Source of the DNA: Malacoraja senta
Lineage: Eukaryota
Length of the DNA stretch: 20,000 nucleotides
Direction: 5' to 3'
NCBI GenBank assembly: GCA_038087875.1
Contig: JAXLNO010000409.1
Span: forward strand, 56,032-76,031
Positions within the stretch are counted from its first letter, which is position 1. Each line of letters opens with the position of its first letter. Shown here piece by piece: positions 17,992-20,000 of the stretch. A model generated the notes under the pieces. It made no database searches. It saw only the letters and a program-made list of their open reading frames with translations, and was not told the origin of the DNA. Made by a program: the position numbers and the translations under genes.

Positions 17992-18432
17992 CAGGATTTA
18001 GCTGGGTGTTGCCAGGACTCGAGGGTCTGAGCTACAGGGAGAGGTGGAGCGGGCTGGGTCTCTATGCCTTGGAGCACAGGGGGATGAGGGGTGATCTTAT
18101 AGAGGTGTATCAAAATCAGGAAAGGAATAGATCGGGTAGATGCACAGAGACTCTTGCCCATCGGGGAGTCAAGAACCAGAGGACATAGGTGAAGGGGAAA
18201 AGATTTAATAGGAATCTGAGGGGTGGCTTTTTCCACACAGAGGGTGGTGGGTGTATGGAACAAGTTGTCGGAGGAGGTAGTTGAGGCTGGGACTATCCCA
18301 ACGTTTAAGAAACAGTTACATGGATAGGGCAGGTTTGGAGGGATATGGGCCAAATGCGGGCAGGTGGGACTAGTGTAGCTGGGACATGTTGGTTGGTGTG
18401 GGCAAGGTGGGCTGAAGGGCCTGTTTCCAAGC
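17992..18432 (+). mobile_element. Older CR1 LINE 3' fragment
   Basis: LPGLEGLSYRERWSGLGLYALEHRGMRGDLIEVY, then cacagagggtggtgggtgtatggaac and tail gggctgaagggcctgtttcc. Confidence 0.8.
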
Positions 18433-18595
18433 GGTATTACTCTGTCCCTGCCATCACCCTCTCCCTCACTCACACACACACTCTCCCACTATCTCCCCCT
18501 CACACACACACACACACACCTTCTCCTCCAGTAAATAGGGACACACCCGCCTCTTACCACATGTGTAATACCCATCCTTAGGATTTGTGGACATC

Positions 18596-18885
18596 TTTAG
18601 TTTAGTTTTTCATGATACAGCACGGAAACAGGCCCTTTGGCCCACAGAGTCCGCGCCGACCAGAAAATCTCCGCACGCTAGCACTATCCTAGGGACAATT
18701 ACAATCATTGCAGAAGCCAATTAGCTTACAAGCCTGTGCATCTTTGGATTGTGGGAGGAAACCGGAGCACCCGGAGAAAACCCACACGGTCACGGGGAGA
18801 AGGTACAAACTCCATACAGACAGCACCCGTAGTCGGGATCGAGCCCGGGTCTCTGGCGCTGTGAGGCAGCAACTCTACCCACTGC
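18596..18885 (-). mobile_element. V-SINE (HE1-like), near full length
   Basis: TGTGGGAGGAAACCGGAGCACCCGGAGAAAACCCAC core; B-box-like GGCTCGATCC on minus at 18836-18845; (TTTAG)n tail. Confidence 0.85.
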
Positions 18886-19257
18886 TGGCCCAGTTCCTCT
18901 GCCACCCCCAGGGATCCGGGGACAGAGCTGGCCTAACCACTGCCCTGGAGAATCAGACGTATATTAGAGTCGCTCCATCAGTCAGGAGAGGTATTCATAG
19001 GGTGGAGCATCACAGTGCTTGTCCCAGGGTGGAAATGGCAGACAGCAGAGGGCCACCAGAGGGCGGTGCTTTACGTGGAGAGAGGGGGAGGTTGAAGAAG
19101 ATTCATGAAGCAAGTTTTTTACACACAAAGTGGGTGGGTGTGTGGAATGCCCAGGGGAAGTGAGTGGAAGGGATTTGATGTGAACAGGTGGGGAATGGGG
19201 GGGGGGGGGATACAGACCCTGTGCAGGTGAATGTACAATTGAATGGTATGTTACGAA

Positions 19258-19916
19258 TGGTATGTTAGCATTCATAGCAAAAGGATTTGAGTATGAGAGC
19301 AGGGTGGTTCTACTGCAGTTGTACAGGGTCTTGGTGAGACCACACCTGGAGTATTGCGTACAGTTTTGGTCTCCTAATCTGAGGAAAGACATTCTTGCCA
19401 TAGAGGGAGTACAGAGAAGGTTCACCAGACTGATTCCTGGGATGGCAGGACTTTCATATGAAGAAAAACTGGATAGACTCGGCTTGTACTCGCTAGAATT
19501 TAGAAGATTGAGGGGGGATCTTATAGAAATGTACAAAATTCTTAAGGGGTTGGACAGGCTAGATGCAGGAAGATTATTCCCGATGTTGGGGAAGTCCAGA
19601 ATAAGGGGTCACAGTTTAAGGATAAGGGGGAAATCTTTTAGGACCGAGATGAGAAAATCATTTTTTACACAGAGAGTGGTGAATCTGTGGAATTCTCTGC
19701 CACAGAAGGTAGTTGAGGCCAGTTCATTGGCTATATTTAAGAGGGAGTTAGATGTGGCCCTTGTGGCTAAAGGGATCAGGGGGTATGGAGAGAAGGCAGG
19801 TACAGGATACTGAGTTGGATGATCAGCCATGATCATATTGAATGGCGGTGCAGGCTCGAAGGGCCGAATGGCTACTCCTGCACCTGTTTTCTACGTTTCA
19901 ATGTTTCTATGTTTCT
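19258..19916 (+). mobile_element. Young 5'-truncated CR1 LINE
   Basis: Open 183-aa ORF2 C-terminus ([15 protein letters not shown]...RGDLIEMYKI...[11 protein letters not shown]) and (TTTCTATG)-type tandem tail at 19888-19916. Confidence 0.95.
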
Positions 19917-20000
19917 AAATCAGCCATCTCCGTGTCCTGTGTTGGATTGTTCCATAATAATCCCCCATGGCATTGTCCTGTGCTGTGGTTACTTTGGAGC

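Overview
Eukaryotic genomic DNA, not prokaryotic. The repeat families (HE1-type V-SINEs, CR1 and Rex1/Babar LINE 3' ends, Penelope-like elements) point to a cartilaginous fish, probably a skate or ray; this is inference. The window holds a spliced semaphorin-7A-like gene on the minus strand, with ATG at 17467. I reconstructed 12 well-supported GT-AG exons (signal peptide, Sema domain, PSI domain) and a tentative 13th exon ending at TGA 343-345, giving 1632 nt or 543 aa. Key observations: (1) a -1 frameshift in exon 11 and a +1 frameshift in exon 12 cancel after splicing, so the ORF stays open but 35 Sema-domain residues are read out of frame; (2) the gene may stop right after the PSI domain, with no Ig domain or GPI signal; (3) introns hold Penelope-like element pieces with minimal hammerhead-ribozyme motifs, arranged as long hairpins, a 66-bp tandem array and a double insertion at one target site. 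The long ORFs in the ORF track are artefacts of simple repeats.
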